Part shown: positions 9,593 through 17,429 of the stretch, one piece after another | How the letters are laid out: each line of letters begins with the position of its first letter | Numbering within the stretch: the first letter of the stretch is position 1 | Assembly (NCBI GenBank): GCA_039812705.1 | Contig: JBDIBA010000001.1 | Location: forward strand, 23,814 to 87,813 | Direction of reading: 5' to 3' | Length of the DNA: 64,000 nucleotides | DNA from: Acidimicrobiia bacterium | Lineage (GTDB): Bacteria; Actinomycetota; Acidimicrobiia; Acidimicrobiales; JBBSGY01 | The notes under the pieces: generated by a model | Told to the model about the DNA's origin: nothing | Seen by the model: the letters and a program-made list of their open reading frames with translations, nothing else | Database searches by the model: none | Translations under genes and position numbers: made by a program

Positions 9593-10672
9593 ATGGAACG
9601 TTTCGGTTTTGTTGGTCTTCCAAACGCAGGCAAGTCATCGCTATTCAACGCGCTCACCGGTGGTGGGGCGCTTGCCGCGCCTTACCCTTTTGCCACCAAG
9701 GACCCCAACGTTGGTTCGGCAAAGGTTCACGACGAGCGGCTGTTGAAGCTCGGCGAGATGAGCAAGTCGAAAAAGATTGTTCCGGCAACCGTTGAGTTCC
9801 TCGACATCGGCGGCCTGGTAGCCGGTGCAAGTCAGGGTGAAGGTCTTGGCAACAAGTTCCTTGGCGGCATTCGCGAAGTCGATGCAATTGTCTTTGTGTT
9901 GCGTGCATTCGTCGACGACGACATTGTTGGCCCGCCAGACCCGATGGAGCACTTGTCGACTGTTGAAACCGAGCTCACCCTTGCCGACTTGCAGTCTGTA
10001 GAAACACAGTTGCCGCGCAAGCAGAAGCAGCTTCGGTTGGACAAGTCGCTTGGTGATGAAGTCGCTGCACTCGAAGTCGCTCAAAAGCTGTTGGCCGAGG
10101 GAACTCCGCTCTACCGCGCAGACCTCACGGCTGACCAGCGCGCAGTTCTCAAACCCTCGTTCTTGTTGACCAACAAGCCCGTGTTGGCTGTTGTCAACAT
10201 TGCAGAGGACGACCTCGACCGTGCCGACGAGATTGCAGCGCCCGTGCGCAAAGAACTTGCCGGTTTTGGCGAGGTTGTGACCATGTGTGTGCAACTCGAA
10301 ACCGAAGCCGCGCAGATGAACACCGAGGAAGAACGTTTGGAAATGCTCGAAGCTCTTGGCCTTGGCGACGGTGCGCTGCCACGCATGTTGAAGGCCGCGT
10401 ATCACTTGCTTGGTCGACGCACTTATTTCACAACCGGCGACACCGAATCGCGCGCGTGGACCTTCCGCGCCGGCGCCAAAGCTCCCGAGTGCGCAGGCGT
10501 TATTCACACCGATTTCCAACGCGGCTTCATCAAGGCCGAGGTCGTCCATTGGGACGAACTGTTGGAACTTGGCTCGTGGAGTGCTGCACGCGATGTCGGC
10601 AAGCTGCGCATTGAAGGCAAGGAATACGAAGTGGCCGATGGCGATGTCATCGAGTTCCGCTTCAACGTCTGA
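9593..10672 (+). CDS. ychF: Redox-regulated ATPase YchF (Obg-like GTPase family)
   Basis: It has the GLPNAGKSSLFNALT P-loop and the C-terminal TGS-like FIKAEVVHWDELL...IEGKEYEVADGDVIEFRFNV sequence. Confidence 0.95.
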   Translation: MERFGFVGLPNAGKSSLFNALTGGGALAAPYPFATKDPNVGSAKVHDERLLKLGEMSKSKKIVPATVEFLDIGGLVAGASQGEGLGNKFLGGIREVDAIVFVLRAFVDDDIVGPPDPMEHLSTVETELTLADLQSVETQLPRKQKQLRLDKSLGDEVAALEVAQKLLAEGTPLYRADLTADQRAVLKPSFLLTNKPVLAVVNIAEDDLDRADEIAAPVRKELAGFGEVVTMCVQLETEAAQMNTEEERLEMLEALGLGDGALPRMLKAAYHLLGRRTYFTTGDTESRAWTFRAGAKAPECAGVIHTDFQRGFIKAEVVHWDELLELGSWSAARDVGKLRIEGKEYEVADGDVIEFRFNV

Positions 10673-10734
10673 CGTCGACGGCAGCTCTGCGCGGGCGGAG
10701 TTCTTCTAGCTGCAGACCGGGGTGGGATCTGCCC

Positions 10735-11268
10735 TCATGCCATTGGCGGGGTCCACACTTCTGCCTCAGAATCGGCAGGGTAGTAGTGGCCGTTGGGGAT
10801 GGTCTGTAGTTCGATGATGGTGCCCCACGGGGCCAAGACGTAGACACTGCCGTTGCCTGGCGTGTCCTCGTAGCGCGAGTTGGCATGTACGTCTGACAGG
10901 GCTTGGCCACCAGCGGCAACCAAGCGTTTCAACGAACCTTCAATGTCGTCGACGTAAAAGGCTAGGTGGTTCAGCCCGTAGTCCACCAGGCCGGCAGCCG
11001 GCCGGTGAGGACCGTCGATCTCGAAGACCTCCAAAGAAGGCCCAACTCCGGCCACGATCATGCGTTGGCGGCGGATAGCAGCGCCGTTGGGCAGTCCCAA
11101 TTGTTGCTCGACCTCTGCGCCACAGCGAGGCTCGTCGTCGGCGGTTAAGCCGTCGTAGGCAACTTTGGCCCCCAGTCCTTCCTTGAGGAAAGTGGTGGCG
11201 GCGTCAAGATCGGGAACTGTGATGCCAATGTGGTTGATTCCGCGAGGGAGGGGACGCGAATCGCTCAT
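10735..11268 (-). CDS. VOC-family (glyoxalase/bleomycin-resistance/dioxygenase) protein
   Basis: It has two beta-alpha-beta-beta-beta modules, starting at [18 protein letters not shown] and [18 protein letters not shown]. Confidence 0.75.
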   Translation of the reverse strand: MSDSRPLPRGINHIGITVPDLDAATTFLKEGLGAKVAYDGLTADDEPRCGAEVEQQLGLPNGAAIRRQRMIVAGVGPSLEVFEIDGPHRPAAGLVDYGLNHLAFYVDDIEGSLKRLVAAGGQALSDVHANSRYEDTPGNGSVYVLAPWGTIIELQTIPNGHYYPADSEAEVWTPPMA

Positions 11269-11421
11269 TCCTCAAGCCTGGTTCCCGGTATTGATAAGGC
11301 TGGCGGTGACGTAATCGACGTTCTCCTAGTGCGTAATGAAGCTCTGGAGCATTTGGGTCATCATCTGCCTACTAACAGGCGGGCCAACATCGGCGTTGGT
11401 GATTTCAGAGGAGCCGGTTTA

Positions 11422-11811
11422 ATGACAAGTAAGCAATTGGAACGCAACAAGGCCGCCGTGCACGCGTTCTACGACCTCATGTTCAACCAGTGTCGGCCGC
11501 AAGAGGCCATCGAACGCTTCGCCGGGCCTGAGTATCGACAACACAACCCGCACGTTGGGGACGGCAAAGACGCATTCGTTGCCTACTTCGAACGAATGAG
11601 CCGCGAATATCCGGACAAGCGCGTCACGTTCGTGCGCACGGTTGCCGAGGGGGACCTGGTTGTCCTTCATTGTCACCAAGAATGGCCAGGATCGGACAAC
11701 TACGCGGGCATTGACATTTTTCGTTTGGATGACGAAGGCAAGATTGTGGAGCACTGGGATGTTCTCCAGGCAATTCCCGCGACCAGCGCCAACGACAACG
11801 GGATGTTCTGA
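11422..11811 (+). CDS. SnoaL-like / NTF2-fold protein
   Basis: From ATG 11422 (AGAGGAG RBS) it encodes 129 aa. The [15 protein letters not shown]...[12 protein letters not shown]...[14 protein letters not shown]...IVEHWDVLQ pattern is typical of SnoaL-like polyketide-cyclase-fold proteins. Confidence 0.7.
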   Translation: MTSKQLERNKAAVHAFYDLMFNQCRPQEAIERFAGPEYRQHNPHVGDGKDAFVAYFERMSREYPDKRVTFVRTVAEGDLVVLHCHQEWPGSDNYAGIDIFRLDDEGKIVEHWDVLQAIPATSANDNGMF

Positions 11812-11902
11812 ATCAGCTCGTCGATGCCGACACGCCCCGAAGTTGCGTCTCAACGTTTATGCACTTTCGGGTAAGCGATGAGTGTCGTATTAGCTTGAAC
11901 AC

Positions 11903-12742
11903 GTGACAACGCCCGACTGCACAAATGGACGACTGCTAATTGTTGCAACGCCCATTGGCAACTTGTCGGACATTTCGCAGCGCGCAGTTGATGCATTGAA
12001 TTCTGCTGATGCGATTGCATGTGAAGACACGCGCCACACGCGCAAACTGTTGAACCACATTGGTTGCAATACCGCGACTTTTGCAGTCCATGAACACAAC
12101 GAGTTGCAAGGTGCTGCCGCGATAATTGAACGTTTGCGGAAGGGTGAAACGGTTGCCTTGGTTAGCGATGCCGGCATGCCCGGTGTTAGCGACCCTGGCG
12201 CACAGGTCGTCGACCGCGTTGCCAATGCGGGCTTTTCGGTGTCGGTCATACCCGGTCCGTCTGCGTTTGTTGCTGCGCTAGCCGTGTGTGGGTTCGACAC
12301 TCAACGTTTTGTGTTTGAGGGGTTTTTGTCAACAAAGGCGTCGGAGCGACTGCGTGGTTTGCAACGCATTGCACAAGAGACTGCGGTGAGCGTTGTATAC
12401 GAAGCGCCGCATCGCTTGGTGCGCTTGGCCGAAGAGTTGGCGGAGCATTGCGGTCAGACACGACGCGTGTGTTTGGTGCGCGAACTGACGAAGCTGCACG
12501 AGGAAATCTGGCGTGGCACCACAATTGAGTTTGTCCGTCACTTGGGTGACAACGTAAAGGGGGAGTGCGTTGTTGTCGTCGAAGGGGCGCCGCCGGTCGA
12601 CATTGACGACCACTCGATTGTTGAAGCACTCGAGCGAGCACTTGCCGCTGGCCTAACCAAGAAGGCCGCGTCCGAAGAAGTATCAGAGAAGCTTCACGTT
12701 CCAAAGAACCGCGTCTACTCCATTGCGCTGTCGCTGAAGTAG
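11903..12742 (+). CDS. rsmI: 16S rRNA (cytidine1402-2'-O)-methyltransferase RsmI
   Basis: It contains LLIVATPIGNLSDISQRAVDALNSADAIACEDTRHTRKLL and ALVSDAGMPGVSDPG, both RsmI motifs. Confidence 0.9.
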   Translation: MTTPDCTNGRLLIVATPIGNLSDISQRAVDALNSADAIACEDTRHTRKLLNHIGCNTATFAVHEHNELQGAAAIIERLRKGETVALVSDAGMPGVSDPGAQVVDRVANAGFSVSVIPGPSAFVAALAVCGFDTQRFVFEGFLSTKASERLRGLQRIAQETAVSVVYEAPHRLVRLAEELAEHCGQTRRVCLVRELTKLHEEIWRGTTIEFVRHLGDNVKGECVVVVEGAPPVDIDDHSIVEALERALAAGLTKKAASEEVSEKLHVPKNRVYSIALSLK

Positions 12743-12789
12743 CGCCGGGTTTCCCGGAAACACCACAAACCGGGACTATGAAATAGGAC

Positions 12790-13566
12790 GTGTTTGAGGA
12801 TTCCTGGATTGATACGCATTGCCACATTCACGATATGGACAATTCGGACGCCATTTACGAGCGCTCAAAAACAGACGGCGTGAGCCCGGTTGTCTGCATT
12901 GGTACAGATGCTCGGACCTCGTTGTTAGCGTCGCAAATGAGCGCTCAACACCCCAATTCGATCTACTACTCGATCGGGTTGCATCCCCACGAAGGGACTA
13001 CAGGCCTCGACGAAGTGATCGCTTTAGCATATGAATGCGATCGTAATAAAGAATCCCGCTTTGTTGCTATTGGAGAGTGCGGTTTGGATTATTACTATGA
13101 GCATTCTCCCCGTGACGCTCAGCGTCAATCTTTTCTAAAACAGATAATTCTCGCCGACGAATTAGATAAAACATTGGCAGTTCATACACGCGATGCCTGG
13201 GATGACACCTTGGACATGTTGCGGAGTGAATCCAAATCCTCGCGAACGGTGATTCATTGCTTTACCGGAGGTGTTGAAGAGGCCAGAAAGTGCCTGGACC
13301 TGGGGTTTTACCTCTCCTTTTCCGGAGTCGTGACGTTCAAGAAGTCGCTCGAACTTCAAGAAGCGGCCAAGTTTTGCCCCCTTGATCGGATGCTTCTAGA
13401 GACGGATTCCCCGTTTCTGGCCCCCGTGCCGGTGCGCGGTTCAACAAATGAACCGCGAAATATTCCTTTAATTGGTCAATTTATTTCTGATTTAAAAGAA
13501 ATTGGCATCGAGGAATTGCGCTCAACAATTTCCACAACCTCAAAGCGGGTTTTTAGTTTGCAATAA
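12790..13566 (+). CDS. tatD: TatD-family metal-dependent hydrolase (DNase)
   Basis: It has the WIDTHCHI N-terminal HxH motif, GECGLDYYY, and LETDSPFLAPVP. Confidence 0.9.
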   Translation: MFEDSWIDTHCHIHDMDNSDAIYERSKTDGVSPVVCIGTDARTSLLASQMSAQHPNSIYYSIGLHPHEGTTGLDEVIALAYECDRNKESRFVAIGECGLDYYYEHSPRDAQRQSFLKQIILADELDKTLAVHTRDAWDDTLDMLRSESKSSRTVIHCFTGGVEEARKCLDLGFYLSFSGVVTFKKSLELQEAAKFCPLDRMLLETDSPFLAPVPVRGSTNEPRNIPLIGQFISDLKEIGIEELRSTISTTSKRVFSLQ

Positions 13567-13671
13567 GTAATCATTTGCATTACGTTGCCGATTTCGTTCT
13601 TGACCCCAACCCCGGAGGGCTGAGTCCTGCTTAAGCGGACACTCCGGAGCAACCTTCGTCGTACAGCACCT

Positions 13672-14307
13672 GTGGCCCTTGGCGTCGCAGCTGTTATTGG
13701 CGGAGCAGTGCTCCTTCAAAATGCAACTAGTACGAAATCCGAAAACACCGATCAGGTTCTTGCGGCAGACCGCGAAGCCGAAGGCACGGCAAACCGTGGA
13801 GGTGAAAGAAGCGACACCGCTCCCGTAATTGAGAGCACCACGGTCACCGAGGCCCCAACCTCAACCGAGGCACCAACAACCGCACCTCCCACAACGCCTG
13901 CCCCGGCACCAACCGCACCTCCCACAACGCCTGCACCAGTGAAGGCTGCCGCACCGGCTCCAAAGCCGGCCGCCAAGCCAGCACCAAAGCCGGCACCGGC
14001 ACCGAAGCCAGCACCTTCGGTTGCTCGTCAGGTGGCAGCACCAGCACCGGCACCGGCTGCACCGCCAGCCGCGAACAACGATGTATGGACCCGTCTTGCG
14101 AAGTGTGAAAGCGGCATGCGCAACGACTTGGGAGCCCCTTACTACGGCTACTTCCAGTTCTCACCAGCAACCTGGCGTTCAATTGGTGGCACCGGCCTTC
14201 CAAGCGACCACTCATATGAAGTGCAGCTTGAAATGGCCAAGAAGCTTCAAGCCCGTTCGGGTTGGGGGCAGTGGCCAGTCTGTGGCAAGAAGGCGCTCGC
14301 CGGATGA
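13672..14307 (+). CDS. rpf: Resuscitation-promoting factor (Rpf) with transglycosylase-like domain
   Basis: It has an N-terminal anchor and a Pro/Ala/Thr-rich linker (APPTTPAPAPT repeated). The C-terminal WTRLAKCESGMRNDLGAPYYGYFQFSPATWRSIGG...GWGQWPVCG is the Rpf domain. Confidence 0.85.
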   Translation: MALGVAAVIGGAVLLQNATSTKSENTDQVLAADREAEGTANRGGERSDTAPVIESTTVTEAPTSTEAPTTAPPTTPAPAPTAPPTTPAPVKAAAPAPKPAAKPAPKPAPAPKPAPSVARQVAAPAPAPAAPPAANNDVWTRLAKCESGMRNDLGAPYYGYFQFSPATWRSIGGTGLPSDHSYEVQLEMAKKLQARSGWGQWPVCGKKALAG

Positions 14308-14468
14308 GCAAGCACTTCCAGCCAAGGTCGAGAGTCCGAAAGGCCGTCTCTGCATTTGCTCTGACTGCTGCTGTGGCTTCCGGCTTTGCGCTCTTGCAGG
14401 CTGAGTTGCAGGTAAGTCCAAGCGAAGCACACGCGGAAAAGCCAAGCGAAACCGCGGTGTTTGGATAA
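14304..14468 (+). CDS. Possible small secreted peptide (54 aa) translationally coupled to rpf
   Basis: Its ATG overlaps the rpf stop (ATGA). The sequence MSKHFQPRSRVRKAVSAFALTAAVASGFALLQA looks like a signal peptide, and the ORF ends 33 nt before a strong terminator. I recognise no homology. Confidence 0.3.
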   Translation: MSKHFQPRSRVRKAVSAFALTAAVASGFALLQAELQVSPSEAHAEKPSETAVFG

Positions 14469-14501
14469 CAATCCCGCACACAACTTAGGTATTCAAGAAA
14501 G

Positions 14502-14526
14502 CCGGGCCTGCGGGCCCGGTTTTTTT
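14502..14526 (+). terminator. Rho-independent terminator of the rpf unit
   Basis: CCGGGCC (14502-14508) pairs with GGCCCGG (14513-14519) around loop TGCG, followed by T7. Confidence 0.7.
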
Positions 14527-14541
14527 GTGCAAACTGCACGG

Positions 14542-15360
14542 GTGACTTTTAGCCGTGCGCAAGTAAGCCAGTTACTTGATGATTTTGACGTCAGTCCTTC
14601 ACGCGCACTTGGTCAAAACTTCGTGGCCGACCCAAACACTGTTCGCAAGATCGTCCGCTTGGCGCGCGTTGATGCCGAAACAAAAGTCGTTGAAATCGGT
14701 GCGGGTCTTGGGTGCCTAACCCTTGGACTGGCCGAAACGGGCGCGCCCGTTACGGCTGTTGAAATCGACAAACACGTCTTGCCCGCACTTCGCGAAACAA
14801 TGAGTGCATGTTCGAACGTTGAAGTAGTCGAAGGCGACGCAATGAAGCTCGATTGGGACGCCGTGTTGCCGCCAGACAATGGTCCATATGTTTTGGTGGC
14901 AAATCTTCCGTACAACATTGCAACGCCTTTGGTTGCTGACATTTTGGATGAGGTCCCGCAGATCCAGCGCATGTTGATCATGGTTCAGCGCGAAGCGGGG
15001 GAGCGTTTTGCCGCACCTATCGGCACGAAAGACTTTGGTGCCGTCACTCTGAAGGTTTCGTACTGGGCGAAGGCAAAGGTTCTCGCCAATGTTCCGCGAA
15101 CCATCTTTGTTCCGCGTCCAAATGTTGATTCTGTGTTGGTCGAAATTGTTCGAAGAGATGAGGTGGCAGTTGATGTCGATCGCCAAGAACTTTTTGCGTT
15201 GATTCGTGCAGGTTTTGCGCAAAGACGAAAGATGTTGCGACGCAGCTTGGCGGGTTTGGTCGATGAGAACCGATTTGCCGTTGCTGGTGTTGATTCAACG
15301 GCTCGCGCCGAAACGCTCGGGCTTGAAGATTGGGCGCGACTAGTGAGGGCGCAATCATGA
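14542..15360 (+). CDS. rsmA: 16S rRNA (adenine1518/1519-N6)-dimethyltransferase RsmA/KsgA
   Basis: It contains LGQNFVADPNTVRKIV, VVEIGAGLGCLT (SAM motif) and VANLPYNIATPL. GTG 14542 was chosen because the track start at 14461 lies upstream of the terminator. Confidence 0.9.
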   Translation: MTFSRAQVSQLLDDFDVSPSRALGQNFVADPNTVRKIVRLARVDAETKVVEIGAGLGCLTLGLAETGAPVTAVEIDKHVLPALRETMSACSNVEVVEGDAMKLDWDAVLPPDNGPYVLVANLPYNIATPLVADILDEVPQIQRMLIMVQREAGERFAAPIGTKDFGAVTLKVSYWAKAKVLANVPRTIFVPRPNVDSVLVEIVRRDEVAVDVDRQELFALIRAGFAQRRKMLRRSLAGLVDENRFAVAGVDSTARAETLGLEDWARLVRAQS

Positions 15361-16100
15361 CCGATGCCGTTCTGCAGGCCGAAGCGAAACTGACGGTCAG
15401 CTTGCACATGGTTGGCATCCGGTCTGACGGTTACCACCTGTTGGAAAGCGAGATGGTTTCGCTCGACCTGTCCGACACTCTTGAGTTAAACCCCGATGGT
15501 GACGGCCTGATTCTTCATCCGGAATCAACAGTTCGCGTCGATGTTTCTGCTGACAATCTGATCAACAGGGCTCTGCGGTTGGTTGACAAGCGCTGTGGTG
15601 TCACGTTGCGGAAGAACATCCCCGTGGGTGCTGGCCTTGGGGGAGGGTCTGCCGATGCGGCGGCCATTCTTCGATGGACCGATGAACAAGACCCGTTGGT
15701 CGGCGCAAAGTTGGGTGCCGACGTTCCGTTTTGTATGCGCGGAGGGCGCGCATTGGTTAGCGGCATCGGCGAGATTGTGGAGCCGCTTGGCTTTCAACCG
15801 CGCAACTTCACACTGCTGACTCCGCCAATTCATGTGGATACCAAGAGTGTGTATCAAGCCTTTGATGAACTGGGCCCCGGCGAGCGCCGCGCGGACAATG
15901 ACTTGGAGAGCGCGGCTGTTGCGGTTGCGCCAGAGCTCGGCCTTTGGCGCGACCGTTTGGCAGATTGGACGGGCCAGCAACCGCACCTTGCAGGCAGCGG
16001 GGCCACTTGGTTTGTCGAGGGCCATCACAGCGTCCCAACGGACGCGAACGTGCAAAAAGCCCGATGGGTGCTGGCGAGCACCACACCGGGCTTCTTTTAG
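15357..16100 (+). CDS. ispE: 4-diphosphocytidyl-2-C-methyl-D-erythritol kinase
   Basis: It has the GHMP-kinase motif PVGAGLGGGSADAAA, and the ksgA-ispE synteny supports the call. ATG 15357 overlaps the ksgA stop (ATGA). Confidence 0.9.
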   Translation: MTDAVLQAEAKLTVSLHMVGIRSDGYHLLESEMVSLDLSDTLELNPDGDGLILHPESTVRVDVSADNLINRALRLVDKRCGVTLRKNIPVGAGLGGGSADAAAILRWTDEQDPLVGAKLGADVPFCMRGGRALVSGIGEIVEPLGFQPRNFTLLTPPIHVDTKSVYQAFDELGPGERRADNDLESAAVAVAPELGLWRDRLADWTGQQPHLAGSGATWFVEGHHSVPTDANVQKARWVLASTTPGFF

Positions 16101-16118
16101 AAATGTTGAAACCGACTA

Positions 16119-16220
16119 CTACTTACCAGTAGCGCGGCGCTGCCAACGTGTGGCCTTCAGCATCTTCTTGTGCTTCTTCTTGCGCATGCGCTTACGGCGC
16201 TTCTTGATTAGTGAACCCAT
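16119..16220 (-). CDS. Actinobacterial small ribosomal subunit protein bS22 (33 aa, AURKAIP1/COX24-like)
   Basis: The reverse complement reads MGSLIKKRRKRMRKKKHKKMLKATRWQRRATGK*. This closely follows the mycobacterial bS22 pattern MGSVIKKRRKRMxKKKHRKLL. It is below the ORF-track size cutoff. Confidence 0.8.
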   Translation of the reverse strand: MGSLIKKRRKRMRKKKHKKMLKATRWQRRATGK

Positions 16221-16367
16221 GAGGTGGACAAAGTTAGTCCAAACCGCCCGGCCTTGGCACACGCTGGCGCAACAAGTTCTTCCCCGAACGTTTCGGTTGC
16301 CAGCGGTGCGGCCACCGTGTCAATGACCGCCTTCGCCGAGTAAGGTCTAGCGCGCACCTTGGCGCAG

Positions 16368-16438
16368 TCGGGGGTCGTCTAACGGCAAGACACATGGTTT
16401 TGGTCCATGGAATAGGGGTTCGATTCCTCTCCCCCGAA
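16368..16438 (+). tRNA. tRNA-Gln (anticodon TTG)
   Basis: I folded the cloverleaf by hand. The acceptor is TCGGGGG/CCCCCGA, the D-stem GTCT/AGAC, and the anticodon stem CATGG/CCATG with loop TTTTGGT. The T-arm is AGGGG-TTCGATT-CCTCT with discriminator A, and CCA is not encoded. Confidence 0.85.
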
Positions 16439-16554
16439 CGCAATCAGTCCGGCTCTGCATCACGTCGGCCGTAGTCGACCGAGTTCGCTTTCAGCGAGCT
16501 CGATTCGTACGCTGGTCGTCAACGGTTCGTGGTTCTTGCTTTGCGAAGGGTGAA

Positions 16555-17406
16555 TTGTTGATGGACAAGAGACTCGGCACGGCACTTGTTCAATACGCGA
16601 GAGACAACAACCTCGAGTCTGGGCTAGCTCATCGTGCACAGGTCGCCATCGAAGAGTGCGGTCAGCTCCTTGGACCTCGCAGTAGTTCGCGAGTTGCGAG
16701 GTTGCGCCTAGGCAAGGCGCTGATGGATTCATCGTTGCGGCCCGAGGTTTGGGTTCCGGTCTGCCCCGACTATTCGGGTGACGCCGATGGATATCGGTTC
16801 GACGATTTACATTCTGGGGTTTCGTTGCTTGCAAGAAGACACATTGCCTTCTTGGCGATGTTCTTCAAAAGCGTTCCTGGCGCCCAGATGAGGGTGATGT
16901 ATGCAGATCTTGAGGCTCGAGACTTAGCCATTCAAAGGTCGTGTGGGATTGGTCATCAGGTGTTTCTCCAGCGGATTGACGCTTCGATCGAAGCAACGAG
17001 AAAGGTTCTCGAGGGGCCAGCATGGGAGGTCTCCAGGATGACCGATGTGGTTGGCGATCTCGATCAACACGAAGAAGCCGCCGAGCTTTGGCTGCTCATG
17101 GATCCAGATCGAGTGCAGCGTTTGGCGCGCGACTCGGTTGCTCGTGAGGATCTTTACGCCCGTATCGATCCAAACCTGACTCCGCAGCAGCGCTTTGATC
17201 GAACGCTCAAGACGGCTGCCCAATACCTGGCCTTGGGTCGCGAAGCAAACAGGCGGGGCGCACTGATTTGCGGTCATACGACCACCAATCTTCATTGGTA
17301 TTCAGTGGCTGGTGCTGCTCTGGTCCACAACGACGTGCGAATCTACAAGACCCGTGATGTCGCCACTAAGTCGACCGCAGCTTACGAAACACCACTCGCC
17401 GTATAG
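16555..17406 (+). CDS. Hypothetical protein (283 aa), family not recognised
   Basis: It is a long ORF with coding-like composition between tRNA-Gln and glmU. I can identify no motif, and it has no TM segment. Confidence 0.5.
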   Translation: MLMDKRLGTALVQYARDNNLESGLAHRAQVAIEECGQLLGPRSSSRVARLRLGKALMDSSLRPEVWVPVCPDYSGDADGYRFDDLHSGVSLLARRHIAFLAMFFKSVPGAQMRVMYADLEARDLAIQRSCGIGHQVFLQRIDASIEATRKVLEGPAWEVSRMTDVVGDLDQHEEAAELWLLMDPDRVQRLARDSVAREDLYARIDPNLTPQQRFDRTLKTAAQYLALGREANRRGALICGHTTTNLHWYSVAGAALVHNDVRIYKTRDVATKSTAAYETPLAV

Positions 17407-17429
17407 CTGCTCGCGATAGAACAGGTGAC

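Noticed and set aside
9641-10549. 302-aa ORF antisense to ychF, plus similar long antisense ORFs at 25994-26725, 27999-28721, 13844-14539, 3907-4611, 35810-36472 and 42791-43435
   Set aside because: These are shadow ORFs typical of GC-rich DNA. They lie opposite genes with unambiguous family motifs, and their own translations are Arg/Gly/His-rich with no motifs.
13567-13671. Cyclic-di-AMP (ydaO-type) riboswitch upstream of rpf, as known for some actinobacterial rpf genes
   Set aside because: Only 105 nt are available. I could find just one CCGGAG/CTCCGG hairpin and none of the pseudo-symmetric conserved segments I associate with the ydaO motif. The call is not supportable without a covariance-model search.
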